A stretch of 62,654 nucleotides of DNA, filler included, from Chrysochromulina tobinii (taxonomy: Eukaryota), in NCBI GenBank assembly GCA_001275005.1. It is 9 parts of 9 records of this genome, joined end to end, with 100 filler letters (N's around TTAATTAATTAA, not from the genome) between each part and the next. Parts side by side here need not be neighbours in the genome. Positions count along the whole stretch, not along the records: positions 40,814 to 52,701 come from JWZX01001053.1; positions 52,802 to 60,268 come from JWZX01001054.1; 7 more parts are not named here. One strand, written 5' to 3'. The notes below the pieces were generated by a model. That model searched no databases, was not told where the DNA came from, and worked only from the letters and a program-made list of their open reading frames with translations. Made by a program: the position numbers and the translations under genes. Below are positions 42,577 to 54,444 of this stretch, piece by piece. The stretch's first letter is position 1. Each line of letters opens with the position of its first letter.

Positions 42577-45423
42577 TCACTTCCGCCCAGCCCAAGCGCC
42601 GCCAGCCCAAGCAAGGTGCACGGTGGGCTCGACTGGCGGCCGCACTTCATTCTGTTGCGCCACGTGTGTGAAGAGCCGGAGCAGCTTCTGCTGGTCGGGG
42701 GGGTCGGCCATCTGACGGCGGGAGCGCTTCTTAGCATGCTGCTGCTCGAGCAACGCGAGGCCAACACGCTGGTAGTCTCTCCACTCGACGCGCGCGTAGA
42801 CGAGGCCCGAGGCGCCGTTGACGAAAGCTTTCCACACCGCGAGCTGCTCGGACGCTGTGAAGCGTAGCCCCACCTCCTCGAGCGACCGGTAGAATTCGCG
42901 CTTGGACAGCCCTCCGGAGCGATCCGCATCGGCGGACTCAAAGGCTCGACGCAGCAGGGCAGTGTGCTTCGCACACCGGACCTCCTCATCGCTATACAGG
43001 TGTGCGCTCGCAGGCGGCACGCGAGTAGGGCTGCTCGCGCTAGGGTTGCTCGCTCGAAGTCCCTCTGTAGTCGCGCGCTCCAATTCCATCACTCGTTCCT
43101 GGGCGGCGTCCTCGGCTGCCCGCGCGCGCGCTGCCTCGAGCGCACGTGCCGCCACCGCCGCGCGGGCCTCCTCGGCACGCGCCGACTCGACGAGGACCTC
43201 CGCACGAGCTGCTTCCAGGGCGGCATCCCTCATCTCCGCCCAAACCTCCTGCCGCGCCTCGGCCCTCGCCTCCGCCCACGCCTCCCGCCGCGCCTCGGCC
43301 CTTGCTGCCTCCACCGCTGCCTCCAGCTGGCGCCGTGCCTCCCCGCGCGCCGCTTCGGCCGAGCCCTCGTCCCTCTTCCCCTCTGCCAACTGGAGCGCTT
43401 CGTCGCGCGACTCCCTAGCCGCCTGAAGCTCGGCTTGCACCTCATGCAAAGCCTCGCGGCGGCTCTGGACGCGTGCTTCTTGAACGGCGAGCGCGAGGCG
43501 CTGCTCAAGGTGCCGCTCAAACTCCGCAGCCGCCTCGCGTCTTGCCACCTCCACGGCCTTGGTCTGCTGCGCAGTGAGCACCATGGCTTCACGTCGAGCC
43601 GCCTCCAAGGCCTCGTGATCCCTGAGCCGTCGTGCCTCGGCTGCGGACGAGGACCAGAAGCCAAAGGCGATCGAGAGCTCTGGGGCCTTGATCCGGCTCG
43701 CTGCCGCCTGCAGCCGCCGCTGGGCAATCACCCTCTCTTCCCACGTAAAGTGCCACGCGGTCCAGCCACGAGACAGATCCTTTTTGAGCATGCGCCGAGC
43801 GATCAACTCGCTCAGATGCTGCACGCGCTTCTCCTTCTCCTTCTCCCCTTTTTCACGCAGCTCGATCAGCTGCTGCTGGTAGGCCGCGCTCTGCAACGCC
43901 GCATCGCGCTGCACAGCGTCCGCGAGCGCCGCCGCATGCCGCGCCTCCGCCGCAGACACCGCCTGCAGCACCGCCGCCTCGCGAGACGCTTCCGCCGCGG
44001 ACGCAGCCTGCAGCACCGCCGCCGCCTCCCGCATAGCCGCCTCGCGCGACGCCGCCTCCCGAAGCACAGCGGCGGACTTGTGGGCCGCCTCGACGCGCTG
44101 CGTGACCTCGTCTCGCGCCCACTGCCGCACCGCCGCCAGCGCGGCCTCATGGGACGATGCCGCCGCCTCGTGCTCGCGCCTCGCCTGCAACATCTCCGCC
44201 ACGAGCGCCGTCCTGAGCGCCTCGACCTCGACCAACTTCGCCCGGAGCTCATCGAGCTCATGCAAGGCTCGGTCGTGCGCTGCCTGCAGAGGAGCGACCG
44301 CAGCTCTTGCGGCCTCCGCCTCGATCCTGGCCACCTCCGCCTCTGTCCGCGCGTCCTCTGCCTGAGCCCATGCCTTTTCGACCTCCAGATGCGCAGCCTC
44401 GGCCTTGTTTCGCTCCCGCTGCGCCTCGGCCTTCGCCGCTTGCATCTCCGCCTGCGCCTTGGCCTTCACCGCTTGCATCTCCGCCTGCGCCTCGGCCTTC
44501 GCCGCTTGCATCTCCGCCTGCGCCTTGGCCTTCGCCGCTTGCATCTCCGCCTGCGCCTCGGCCTTCGCCGCTTGCATCTCCGCCTGCGCTGCCTCCGCCT
44601 CGGCGCATGAACGCATGAGCGAAATCACCGCCGCCTTCTCGCGCGCTTCGAGGCGCTCGGCTTCGGAAGCTGACCGTGCGGCGACGCATTCGGCCATCTC
44701 GGCCTGACGCGCCGCCTCGCGCTCCTTGGCACGCGCGACGCGCACCTCCTCTTGCGCCGCGCGCACCTCCTCTTGCGCCGATGCTGCCTGCACCTGCACC
44801 GCCGTCTGCGCCGCCGCCATAGCCTCGGCCGCCGCCTGGCGCGCCTCGGCCGCCGCATCAGCCGACGCCTTTCGCGCGGCCGCCAGCTGCACCTCCTGAT
44901 CTCGCTTGAGCTGGCGCATGTCTTCGAGCGCGCCGTCGAGCTCGTTCGCCGCGCTCGCCCAGCCGGCCCTCGCTTGGGCCGCTTCGGCCTGAGCGAGCTC
45001 CGCCTCCGTGGCAACTTCTCGAAGCCTCGACTCCAGCCCGACACGGGCGTCGCGCTCCAACGCGATCTCGGCCTGAAGCCCTGTCAAGGCATCATCCAAA
45101 GTCGCGACGTGCGTGGCCGCGGCCATTGCCGCCGCAGTAAAGCGTGCCGCCGCGGCGGCAGGAGTTGCTGGCGGAGTCTCTGGCGCCATTGAGACCCTCC
45201 GAGCAGCTGCATCCCGTGGTATCCCCGGTGCCACATTGTCGGGTGTGGTTCTCGGCATACGGAGCCGCAGGTCGATCAGAAGGAGAAGGGCTGCCGCGAC
45301 GAGCGTGCACAGAAGGGTGTACGCTGCGGTGGGTGCGGAAGGCGCGGCGAGAGTCTCGACGAGGGTGGTTGTGGCTGCCGTGGGCAGCGGTGTTTCATAA
45401 AGCCACTCGACCCAAGATGCCAT
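42577..45423 (-). CDS. Long coiled-coil protein with N-terminal TM segment and C-terminal EF-hand
   Basis: TM segment AYTLLCTLVAAALLLLI; Ala/Glu coiled coil; 33-bp repeats encoding AEAQAEMQAAK (about 44420-44590); EF-hand AFESADADRSGGLSKREF. Confidence 0.7.
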   Translation of the reverse strand: MASWVEWLYETPLPTAATTTLVETLAAPSAPTAAYTLLCTLVAAALLLLIDLRLRMPRTTPDNVAPGIPRDAAARRVSMAPETPPATPAAAAARFTAAAMAAATHVATLDDALTGLQAEIALERDARVGLESRLREVATEAELAQAEAAQARAGWASAANELDGALEDMRQLKRDQEVQLAAARKASADAAAEARQAAAEAMAAAQTAVQVQAASAQEEVRAAQEEVRVARAKEREAARQAEMAECVAARSASEAERLEAREKAAVISLMRSCAEAEAAQAEMQAAKAEAQAEMQAAKAKAQAEMQAAKAEAQAEMQAVKAKAQAEMQAAKAEAQRERNKAEAAHLEVEKAWAQAEDARTEAEVARIEAEAARAAVAPLQAAHDRALHELDELRAKLVEVEALRTALVAEMLQARREHEAAASSHEAALAAVRQWARDEVTQRVEAAHKSAAVLREAASREAAMREAAAVLQAASAAEASREAAVLQAVSAAEARHAAALADAVQRDAALQSAAYQQQLIELREKGEKEKEKRVQHLSELIARRMLKKDLSRGWTAWHFTWEERVIAQRRLQAAASRIKAPELSIAFGFWSSSAAEARRLRDHEALEAARREAMVLTAQQTKAVEVARREAAAEFERHLEQRLALAVQEARVQSRREALHEVQAELQAARESRDEALQLAEGKRDEGSAEAARGEARRQLEAAVEAARAEARREAWAEARAEARQEVWAEMRDAALEAARAEVLVESARAEEARAAVAARALEAARARAAEDAAQERVMELERATTEGLRASNPSASSPTRVPPASAHLYSDEEVRCAKHTALLRRAFESADADRSGGLSKREFYRSLEEVGLRFTASEQLAVWKAFVNGASGLVYARVEWRDYQRVGLALLEQQHAKKRSRRQMADPPDQQKLLRLFTHVAQQNEVRPPVEPTVHLAWAGGAWAGRK

Positions 45424-46073
45424 GGTTGAGCACGCAAGCAAGTGTTTTGCAGAAATGGAGTTCTGCGAAAAGGTCAGCTTCTGATGTTCAACTCTCCGGA
45501 CACCCAAGCACAGGAGCCGCTATCACTTTGGACGGAGGTGTGGTCGACACAACCGTGGTAACATAGGCCGTTCGCGGCAAAGAGTGGGGGAACGAAAAGG
45601 GCCAAAGGGCGCCGTACCATCCATGCGCGTACTAGAAGCTTCTGTGCTAGTTGCAAGGCCGGTCCCGGTGCATGAGTGCATGTCCCTTCCCCCGAGTGTT
45701 AACGAATAGTGCCAATAGGACCGCTGTTCGCAGCGGCCACGCCACGGCCGCGGCGGCACGCAGAGGACGCACACGCAAGCGCGGAAGACCGGGAGTGGAG
45801 CATGGAGTGGAGTTCGCGGTTGTTTGCGAAAAGGTCAGTAAGAATACGGTAGAATCGACACACACGGTGCAGAGCTATGGGTAAGCTATGGGCAGCGCGC
45901 ATGGCGCTCACCTTTTCATTCTTTTGTGTCGCCCACACCCAGCGCTCCGACAAAGCGCTCGATATGACGCGATCCACTTTCTAATGCACATGCGCGTGCG
46001 CGCTGCAGTACAGTTGGCGGCGCTCTCATTTCCGAGCGCTCGAGCGCTCGCTCGCCTCAAGGGTCCCCACGTT

Positions 46074-49000
46074 TCACCAGTAGTCGGTATTGATTTCGCG
46101 CCTTCCGAACCCACTGTCGTCCGCCTTGCGTTTGCCAGGGCGCCCGCCTGCCGCTCCTGCCGCCGCTGCGCCCGCTGCGCCCGCTGCGCCGTCGGCACCC
46201 TCCGCCTTGGCGGCGCTTGGCTCCTCTCGCGTGCGGCTCTCCGCCTCCAGCGCGTCCTTCTCGATGAGGTTGATGATGCCGAGCGCCTCGGCGTCCATCT
46301 TGACGCCCGCCTTCGCGAGCCGCTGCTGCCAGTTCTGGAGGCGCGCGTAAGGCACCTTGACGCCCACAATGCGCGTCCCGGCCGAGAGACGCACGCGCGT
46401 CACGCGCATGGGCTTCTTGTCCCCTCGGCCGTTGAGCACGACAGTGAGCTCGTCAAGGGCTTTCCACAGCGGAAGGATCGAGCCCGCGATGACCGCCTCC
46501 GTAACGAACTTGCTGCCGTAGCGGCTCTTGCACGAGCACGGCGGCGCGTGCCAACACCGGGCGCTGTCCGTGTGCATGGCAGTCCACTCGCGTTGTGCGC
46601 GCGCCTTGGCTCTCTCATCGCCGAGGTCGTACCTGATGACGGGGGCAATCGGAAGCAATTAGCGGCGATCACATGGGCAATCTTGATGGTCCTCTCATCC
46701 CGAGGTCGTACCTGGTGTACGTGCGCCGTTCCTCGAGCGCCGCTCGCTGGATAGTCCAAGTATAGCCGAAATTGGGGTGAATCAGCTTATAGATCTCATA
46801 GTGTGGATTGTGCTGCGCCTCACCCGACTGGTACGGCTTGCGGATGGCGACGTAGTGGTGCCGGCGTTGCGTCGCTCCGCGTGTCGAGTATGGCGCGACG
46901 TCGTGGTAGATGCCGTTGATGTGCGCACCGGCGTGGCCCTCGGCGGCCTCGCGCGCATTCGCCGCGTCGAGCTCCGCGAGCGCCTTGGACCATTCACACC
47001 CGCGGTCGAGCTGCAGCGTGTACAGGGTGGTGCGCGCCTTCGTGGTCGGGTCCGTGTAGAAGGGCACCGGCTCGTCCTTGTAAGCAATCGAGGTGGCCCT
47101 CATATCGACGACGCCGTCGTCGAAGCGGCCCTCAGACTTGTCCTTCGCAATTTCGTCCTCAAAGAGGGCGTTGAAGTGCGCAAAGCATCGGCCCTGGAGG
47201 CGGACGGTGAGCCCCAGCAGCCGATTGAGGAACGTCTTCACCGACGGGAGATCCTTCCTCTTGCCCCGCGGGCCACCCTGACCAGCCGCGACCCGGTCGG
47301 CATAGTCGAGCGTCAGGTCGATCCCCACAATCTGAAGCGCCGTCTCGAGCTCTTCACAGTGCTCGTTCCATGGCGTGAGGTCGCCCGTGTCCGCCGCCAA
47401 GCGCGCCGCCTCGGCGCCTAGGACGCGCTCGAGCAGCAGCTTCATGCGCCCAGCCCCAAAGGAGTGAGTGCGGATGGAATCGACGAGCCGCTCGAGCGCG
47501 CGGCGGCCGTACTGGGTCTGGAAATCGAAGCTGGACAGGTTGGCTGCATCCGCCGCGCGACGATCCCCCTTAGTGAGGGCGCCGAGGTGCTGTAACCGCT
47601 TGGCGAGCTGCGCCGCAAAGCGGCGCTCGCCGCCGAGGGTCGTCATGAGGAGTTTGAAGTCCGGCGCGGAGGTCTGGTTGGATCGATGGGTGCGACCGAG
47701 CTGCTGGAGCGCCTCGTCGGCCGACCATGGCAGCTCGAGTGTGATGTGGATGCGCTTGGCGCGGTTGGCAAAGCGCCGGTCCGCGTGCAGCGAGATGCCG
47801 CTCGAGGCTGCCTCCGAGATGATGGCGACCATCTTCTGGCCGTTCATGAAGGCCTCCTTCTCGGCCATGTTGACGCGTGCCACCGTCACGTCGAGCTCCT
47901 TGGCTCGCTTGACCATGCGCGCACGCCCGTCGGCCGCATCGTACACGAGCTTCATCTTGCGCCCGGTCAGCTCTGCGACCTTCTCAGTGCCGCCGAGCGC
48001 GTGGATGAGTTGGTCGAGTGGGTTGTCGGGCAGCGAGAGCGACGCCGCCTCGCGAAGCAGCTCCTCCTTGAGACCGCGCAACGAGCCGCTTAGGAGCCGC
48101 TGCCTAGCCGCCGCGCCCACCTCGAGCCCCTGCTCGAACCCCTCGCCACCGCCCGCGTCACCGCCCGCGCCGCCGCCCTCGCCGCCGCCCGCGCCGCCGC
48201 CCGCGCCGCCGACGCCGTCCGCCAAGAGCGGATCCGTGGCGCTCAGCCCGAGGGCGCGGGCGAGCTCGGAGTGCGGCAGCGACGCAACCTCCTCGCCAGC
48301 CGCGGCCAGCAGGTGGTAGTGGCAAGCGACGGTGCGTGCATAGACGGCCTCGACGAGCGCCGCCTTGCCTGTCGGCTTGGCCTCGCCGTGCACGCCCAGG
48401 TCGAAGAGCCGCCGGCGTAGCTGCGTCGTGCCGAGCGCCCAGATGCCCTTGTAGCTCTCTAGCAGCTTACGCAGCCTGTCGTCGCGCTGCTTGGGCAGCT
48501 TGTACTCCGACGTGATGAAGGCGCCGACCGCGAGTACGAGCATCGTGGGCGAGTACGTCTTGAACTTACGAGGCGCCCCCTCTATCGCCGCGTGCTTCGC
48601 CTCACTCGCAGCCATCGAGAGCTCCTCGTCCGAGTCGTCCGAATCGCTCATCACGGCGCGCTTCGCGGCCGCCGAGGCGGATGAGGACGAGCCCGCGGCG
48701 CCGGCCAGACCACCGCCTAGCGAGGAGGCAGACGATGCGGCAGCGGCCGCCTTCTGCTTAGGCACCGACCTCTTTGTTGACGGTCGCCTCGGTGCATAGA
48801 CATCGCCGAGGGCGTCATGGCCCTCGTCCTCGTCGGCGAGCATCGGTTCGTCCGGGTCCGCGTCGTCGTCCTCTTCCTTGTCGCCACGCGTCGGAAACTG
48901 GGTCTCCAGCAGGTTCTCGATGATCGCATAGAGCCCCGCAAAGTCTTCGAGGCCCTCTTCGCCCGCCTCCTTGAGTGCCTCGACCATGCGCGCCTCGCCC

Positions 49001-50992
49001 GTGGTCTGGAGCCCAACGACGACCGCATAGCCCTTGGCGCGGCACTCTTGGGCCACGCGTACGACCTGCGGCACCTTGACGCTCATGCAGAGCTGCTTGA
49101 AGAAGCGCTGGTGGGCGCCCCAGAACTGCGCCATCGCATGCTTCGGGGCCACCCACCCGTCGCAGCTGTGAAGTTGCTCGAGCGCACTCTCAAAGCACTC
49201 TTGCATCGCTTGCCAGAAGAGCGCGCACCGGTCATACAGCGTCGCCTGACGCTCGTCCAAGTGCACGTTGATCGTCTCAAAGGTCGCGTCCTTGTAGCTC
49301 AGGTTACGGCTTAGGTACATGCCGCGCTGCTTCATGTCGAGCGCGATCAACTCCATCGCGCCGACGCCTGCCTTGTCGATGGCCTTGTCGAAGGCCCCGA
49401 AATTCTCGAAGGCAGTGCCGGGTCCCCACAGGCCCAGCCGCACCATGTACGCCATGTTCTTGACCGAGCTCGCGCCGGTGGCGGAGCAGTAGACGACGCG
49501 CGCCTTGGGCAGGTGCTCCTGGAGCTCGAGCACCGCTCGACCGGTGAGCGTGCCCTGCCCGCCGCTGCTGCCCATCACGAGGTTCTTGGCCTTGTGGCAC
49601 TCGTCGAAGAGTACGCAGCCCGTAGCCACGCCCGCGCCCGCGCCCGCACCCTCGCCCTTGACCGACGCCTTGCCACCACCACCGCCGCCGCCGACACCAC
49701 CATTCATCCATCGCACGATCTGCTCGAGCCGTGTGCGCTTGGCGGCGCCGCTCGTGGCGGCGGCGGTGGCGTCCTTCTCAGCGTCCTCGTCGCCTTCCTC
49801 CAAGGCTGCCTGCCGGTCCTTCTCGGCGGCGTTCAGGCCTTCCTTGGCAACCAGCGCCGAGTAGGTGCAGAAGAGCTGCGCGCACCGTCGCCGAGAGGCA
49901 GATGGAGGAAGGGAGCGCACAGCTCAGCAAGGTACAGCAGGGTTCGGGACCCAAGGCAGCAGAGGCGAGGCAGCTCACCACGCCGGCCTTGAGGCTGATA
50001 TCACGGTACGAGAGTCGCGTGAGGTTCACAATGGGGATCTCGCCGATGGCGGGCTCTAGGTGTTTCAGTAGATCCTTGAGGTCGCGGCTGGCGTCGTGCT
50101 CCAGGTCTGGAGAGACGGAGAGCCACACGTGCCGCTTGCGCCCGGCAAGCCAGTTTTCGAGGATGATGGCGGCGAGCTGGCGCCCCTTGCCCACGCCGGG
50201 CCCATCGCCGAGGAAGAATCCGGCCGTCGAGGCCGCCGGGTCGGAGAGCGTCTGCTCGTGGCGCAGCCCGGCGTAGGCGACGGCCTCAAGCTGCAGCGCC
50301 GAGAGCGTGCGGTGCGCGACACACGACTGCAGGATGCCGGGCAGGAGCTGGCCGGTGTCGGCGAAGCGCGGCGGCTGCACGAAGGCGAGCGACGTGGTCT
50401 CGACGACCGGGTCGGGGTGCTCGCTCCCGTGCGGAAAGTGGCAAGGCTTGTAGTGCTCGAAGAGCTCCTCGCTCTCCTCGTCGTCACCCTCGATTCCGGC
50501 GCTTTCGGCGTCGCCCGCCGCAGGAGGCAAAGTCTCGTCGGCCGACGGCGCCGCGGATGCAGGATCACCCACCGTCGCGTCGACCGCTGCGGGAGCCGAC
50601 GGCGCCGCTTGCGGCGGCGGCAGTGACGGCGGACGAGCTGCGGTCGGCGGACGAGCTGCCCGAGCACGCTGCTCAGCCAGCTCGCGCGACTGTTGCTGGC
50701 GTTTGGCCTCCGCCCGCGCAGTCACCCAGCGCCGTCTGGCAGGTGTCGCGTGACAGTGCGACGGGCACGAATCACACGCGTCGCTGCACGTGCGTCCATC
50801 GCACCCGGCCGTCCAGTGAGTGCACTTGGAAGCGACATCATCGCACACCCAGCAGTAGCAAAAGTCGCAGCGGTCGCCGTGTGCGCCCGGCTTGAAGGGG
50901 TGCGTGATGCAGTCGGGCCGAGCGTGCGGTGCGTCGCGTGCAGCGTTGAAGCCCGACTCCCCCGTGACCTCGACATCCGAATCGGAGTCCAT
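46074..50992 (-). CDS. SBNO: Strawberry notch homolog (SF2 helicase-like), introns 49876-49978 and 46633-46711
   Basis: HPDPVVETTSL, LSALQLEAV, GFFLGDGPGVGKGRQLA, GV|LFCTYSAL, FDECHKAKN, YCSATGAS, FWGAHQRFFKQLC, NPLDQLI, ELTGR, SEAASSGISLHAD, LELPWSAD, GRTHRSNQ, GERRFA, FLNRLLG. Confidence 0.93.
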
Positions 50993-52801
50993 CGTCGGCG
51001 CCCGTCCTCTCCCGCCTCGTGTGTCCCTGCGCTACGAGGGAGAATCATAGACGGAAACGTCGTGTTGAGCGCCCTCTCGACGGCCCAAACCTCCGTCCAT
51101 AGCGATAGAGGCCCTCGTGCTTGGGGGTCCGAAGGTTTTGCGCGTTGTGATCAACAGCAGCAGCACCTACAAATCTTTTTCCGCTTGTACACAACAACAC
51201 AAGATCACAAGTACACAACACTCCGTCTCTAGAACACTAGAAGGACGACTCCGCGCAGCGCAGCGCGCGTATATGACGCGCCAACCGCAGACAGCAGAGC
51301 TCCGTCGTCCCCGCTTTCCGCTGGTGTATCTACAGTCGCAGTCAGACAGTCAGTCAAAGACAAAGTGGGCAGTTGTGCGTAGTTCAAGTTCAAGTATCAT
51401 GTTACTACATAAACAACAGACAACCTAAAGGAACTTGAACTTGAACTTGAACTTGAACGTACAATACAATCTCTATATAGACCCGCCCAAACCGGGAAAG
51501 TCTTTGAGGCACGCTTTTTTTGCCCGTGGATCATCGGGAGCGTCCTTCGACAAGGCACCTTGTGGAACGAAGGAGCGTGGCCACCGAGGCTGCACCCTAC
51601 GAGGGCAAGAACCGGCTCGGCCAGGAGCTCAGGGGCATACCGCTTGGGGCTGCTCGAGGCGCTTGAGGTTTTCCCCAAGTTCGGCTGGGGGCCACGGTGT
51701 GCTTGATGGTTCCCGGCCAGAAGCAAGAGGAGGGATGAAGCGGGCGCCGTCGCGGCCTTTTTTTTGTGCCGAACTCCCCACCCCCCCTACGTGTGGCACC
51801 CATCGAGAGGGTGCACAGACGGTTCCAGAAAGGTGTCTGCGGTCGCGGGGCATGCAAATCTCATTCCATAATGAGTTGCGTCAGTTTTGAGTTTTTTTTG
51901 AGCGTGCAATGACGTCGCGCGACTGCTTCTACTGCGGCAAGCGAGTCGCTGCGGGCAAATCTTGCAGTGTGCTGTTCCTCGACGGTCGGGGGTATCCCCC
52001 GAGCGACTCCGAGATCATCCAGTACGCGCAACTCTGCGATACAACCCGCCAACATGATGCAGGCCATGCAGCATTTCCGAGATTGCGTGCAACTCATTTC
52101 AGTGCTATCGCCTGTTCAAAGACGTCAACAATTTCGTCGTGAGCAGCGTGCACGTCACACGCATTATTGGGGAAGCCTCTTCCTCCACACCAATCCTTCC
52201 AGCGCATCGCAAGGTGCTCACCGCCGCAGAGAAGGCAGCACATGTGAAGAGCATTCAGGCCGCTCGGCGGACAGTCTCTATGGCACAGCCAGCCACACGG
52301 CAGCCACCGCGTAGCCACCGCGCCACGCGCCGCACACACTCTCCAATTGCTGCAATCCCTTTTCATGTCTCTTTTCTAATCCACGCAAGGCCTACCCAAG
52401 GCCGCCGCAAGTTGCCGCTGCTTGGACAGTACTTGGACAGCGGTTGCCGCCGCGCTTTTCCGCCGCTCTTTTCGCAACCGCGCAGCCGCCATCGCAATCA
52501 TCAACGCCATCACCTCCGCCACCGATAGCACCGCTGCTGCAGCCATCACCGCTGCCATTGCTGCCGACTTTGCCGTCTTCGCCTCGGTCGCCACGACGCC
52601 ACCGCCTCCACAAAGCCAATGCTCACCGCCGCTATACCTCGAGCTACCCTTGCCACACCTCCTCCACGGCTCCAGATCCGCCGGAACAGCCGCCGCCGCA
52701 ANNNNNNNNNNNNNNNNNNNNNNNNNNNNNNNNNNNNNNNNNNNNTTAATTAATTAANNNNNNNNNNNNNNNNNNNNNNNNNNNNNNNNNNNNNNNNNNN
52801 N

Positions 52802-53824
52802 GGTAGCGAAATGGCGCGCGGAGGCGGAGAGCCATCGGAGCACTGATTACCTCTGATTGCCTGTGATTGCCTCCCTCATCAGGTAGCGAGATGGCGCGCG
52901 GAGGCGGAGAGCCATCGGAGCACGATGTCAAAATGCTCCGAGCGGCTGGCGAGCGTCGTGCCGGTGCGCCAAGGGCTCCACGGGGACGGACGCCCCCCGC
53001 CGCTGCCGCTCCTGATCGAGAAGATGCTCGACAAGTACCGCGGGCTCGGGGGCACGCTCGAGCAGATGCACGCGGAGCTCCAGTCGGCGAGCGCATCGCT
53101 CGCGCAGCTGCAGGCTGAGCTGGACAAGGCTGAGGACCACGGCAAGGCGCAGATACGCGAGCTCTCGCGCGAGCTCAAGGCTCAGCTGCGCGCGCAACGG
53201 TCGACGCTCGTCGCTGTCGCCCTCTCGTCTATGCAGCAGCTGCGCACCCACCTGGTGCATGCCTTGGCCGGCCTGCGGGAGGTGCCCTGGACTCGTCAGG
53301 CGGCGTCCCAAGGCACCACTCGGCTCGGATGGAACCCGGCGCGGCGCTGCTGGTTTGTGCAGCCGATGGGACGCGTGGACGAGATCCTGCTGCGCTTGGA
53401 GATGCCGCCGCTCCAGACGACGGGCGTGCCCGTGCCTGCCCCAACCACGCCGCGCCGTCTTGAGCTCAAGACCGTGCCTGCGACACGCCCGACGACGTCG
53501 GAGGGGTCGACGCGTCCTGGCGGCAAAGACTCGCTCGTGATGCTCGCGCCGCCCAAACTTGGAAACGCCGAGCAGCGCCCGGGCTGGACCATGCCGACGG
53601 CGCCCTTTCGCGAGACGGACGAGTTCTCGCACCGGCCGCATGCGACGCGACCGAGCTCGCCGCCGAGCGGCGTCGCGAGCGCGCGCGGCTGGTCAGGCGC
53701 GCCGCCCACCGGCGCTGGCTTGCTTGGCGCGGCCCGGGGCGTGGGCGCCGGCGCCGGAGGAGGACAACCCGCGCCGCCACCCATCGGGCGGCCGGTGCCC
53801 TCGGCCGTTTTCGGAATGAGGTGA
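52802..53824 (+). CDS. 3' part of an uncharacterised coiled-coil protein (intron 52803-52882)
   Basis: About 300-aa open frame with heptad region LEQMHAELQSASASLAQLQAEL, preceded by a CAG acceptor. Confidence 0.55.
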
Positions 53825-54444
53825 GCGCAAGACGGACCCACGCTGTCGCGGCTGTGGGATGAGAGTCTTGTGAGAATTCGAGTGAGAATATCTTGGCGGC
53901 CGATAGAAACGTATAATCACGGGCACGCTTTGCAGTGGCACACCAGATGACCTCCCCCTCGTCGTCTCGCATGTGCGCGCCTCAAACCGAACGTGGGTCC
54001 TCTCACGTCTCGAGCGATACACGCCCCGCCCCCGGATACCGTACGAATTCGACACCGCGCGCGCGCGCGCGCGCACCGCGAGAACTACACCGACATCGTG
54101 GGTTGTGGCCACACCGAACCGCACCGTCCACCGAGGCGAGCCCTACCCCCCCACGAACCTCGAAGTACGGTAGTACAGACCAACGACAGTACTCGTTTGC
54201 CGCGTGAAGCGCCACGCTCATCCCCATGTGCATCCTTTCCCTCTCCCCTCTCGCTGCCCTGCACACGCCGCCCTGGGCAGGTACATGCAACTGTACTGAG
54301 CAGGACCGCTCGTAGACGGCTCTCCCTTGGGCAGTGACGGCCAGCTCAGCCGCGTACGCCGCCACTACATGTACATCGAACTTGCTCCGATTTGGTCGAC
54401 CATCTGCGCTGGCCTACGCCTCAGTACATGCCGTCGTCCATGCC

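Noticed and set aside
42964..44610. 548-aa plus-strand Arg/Leu-rich ORF and similar shadow ORFs throughout
   Set aside because: Antisense or alternative-frame shadows of real GC-rich genes.
51909..52400. Small CxxC ORF as a THAP or transposase N-terminus
   Set aside because: Too short, interrupted by a stop and lacking confirming motifs.
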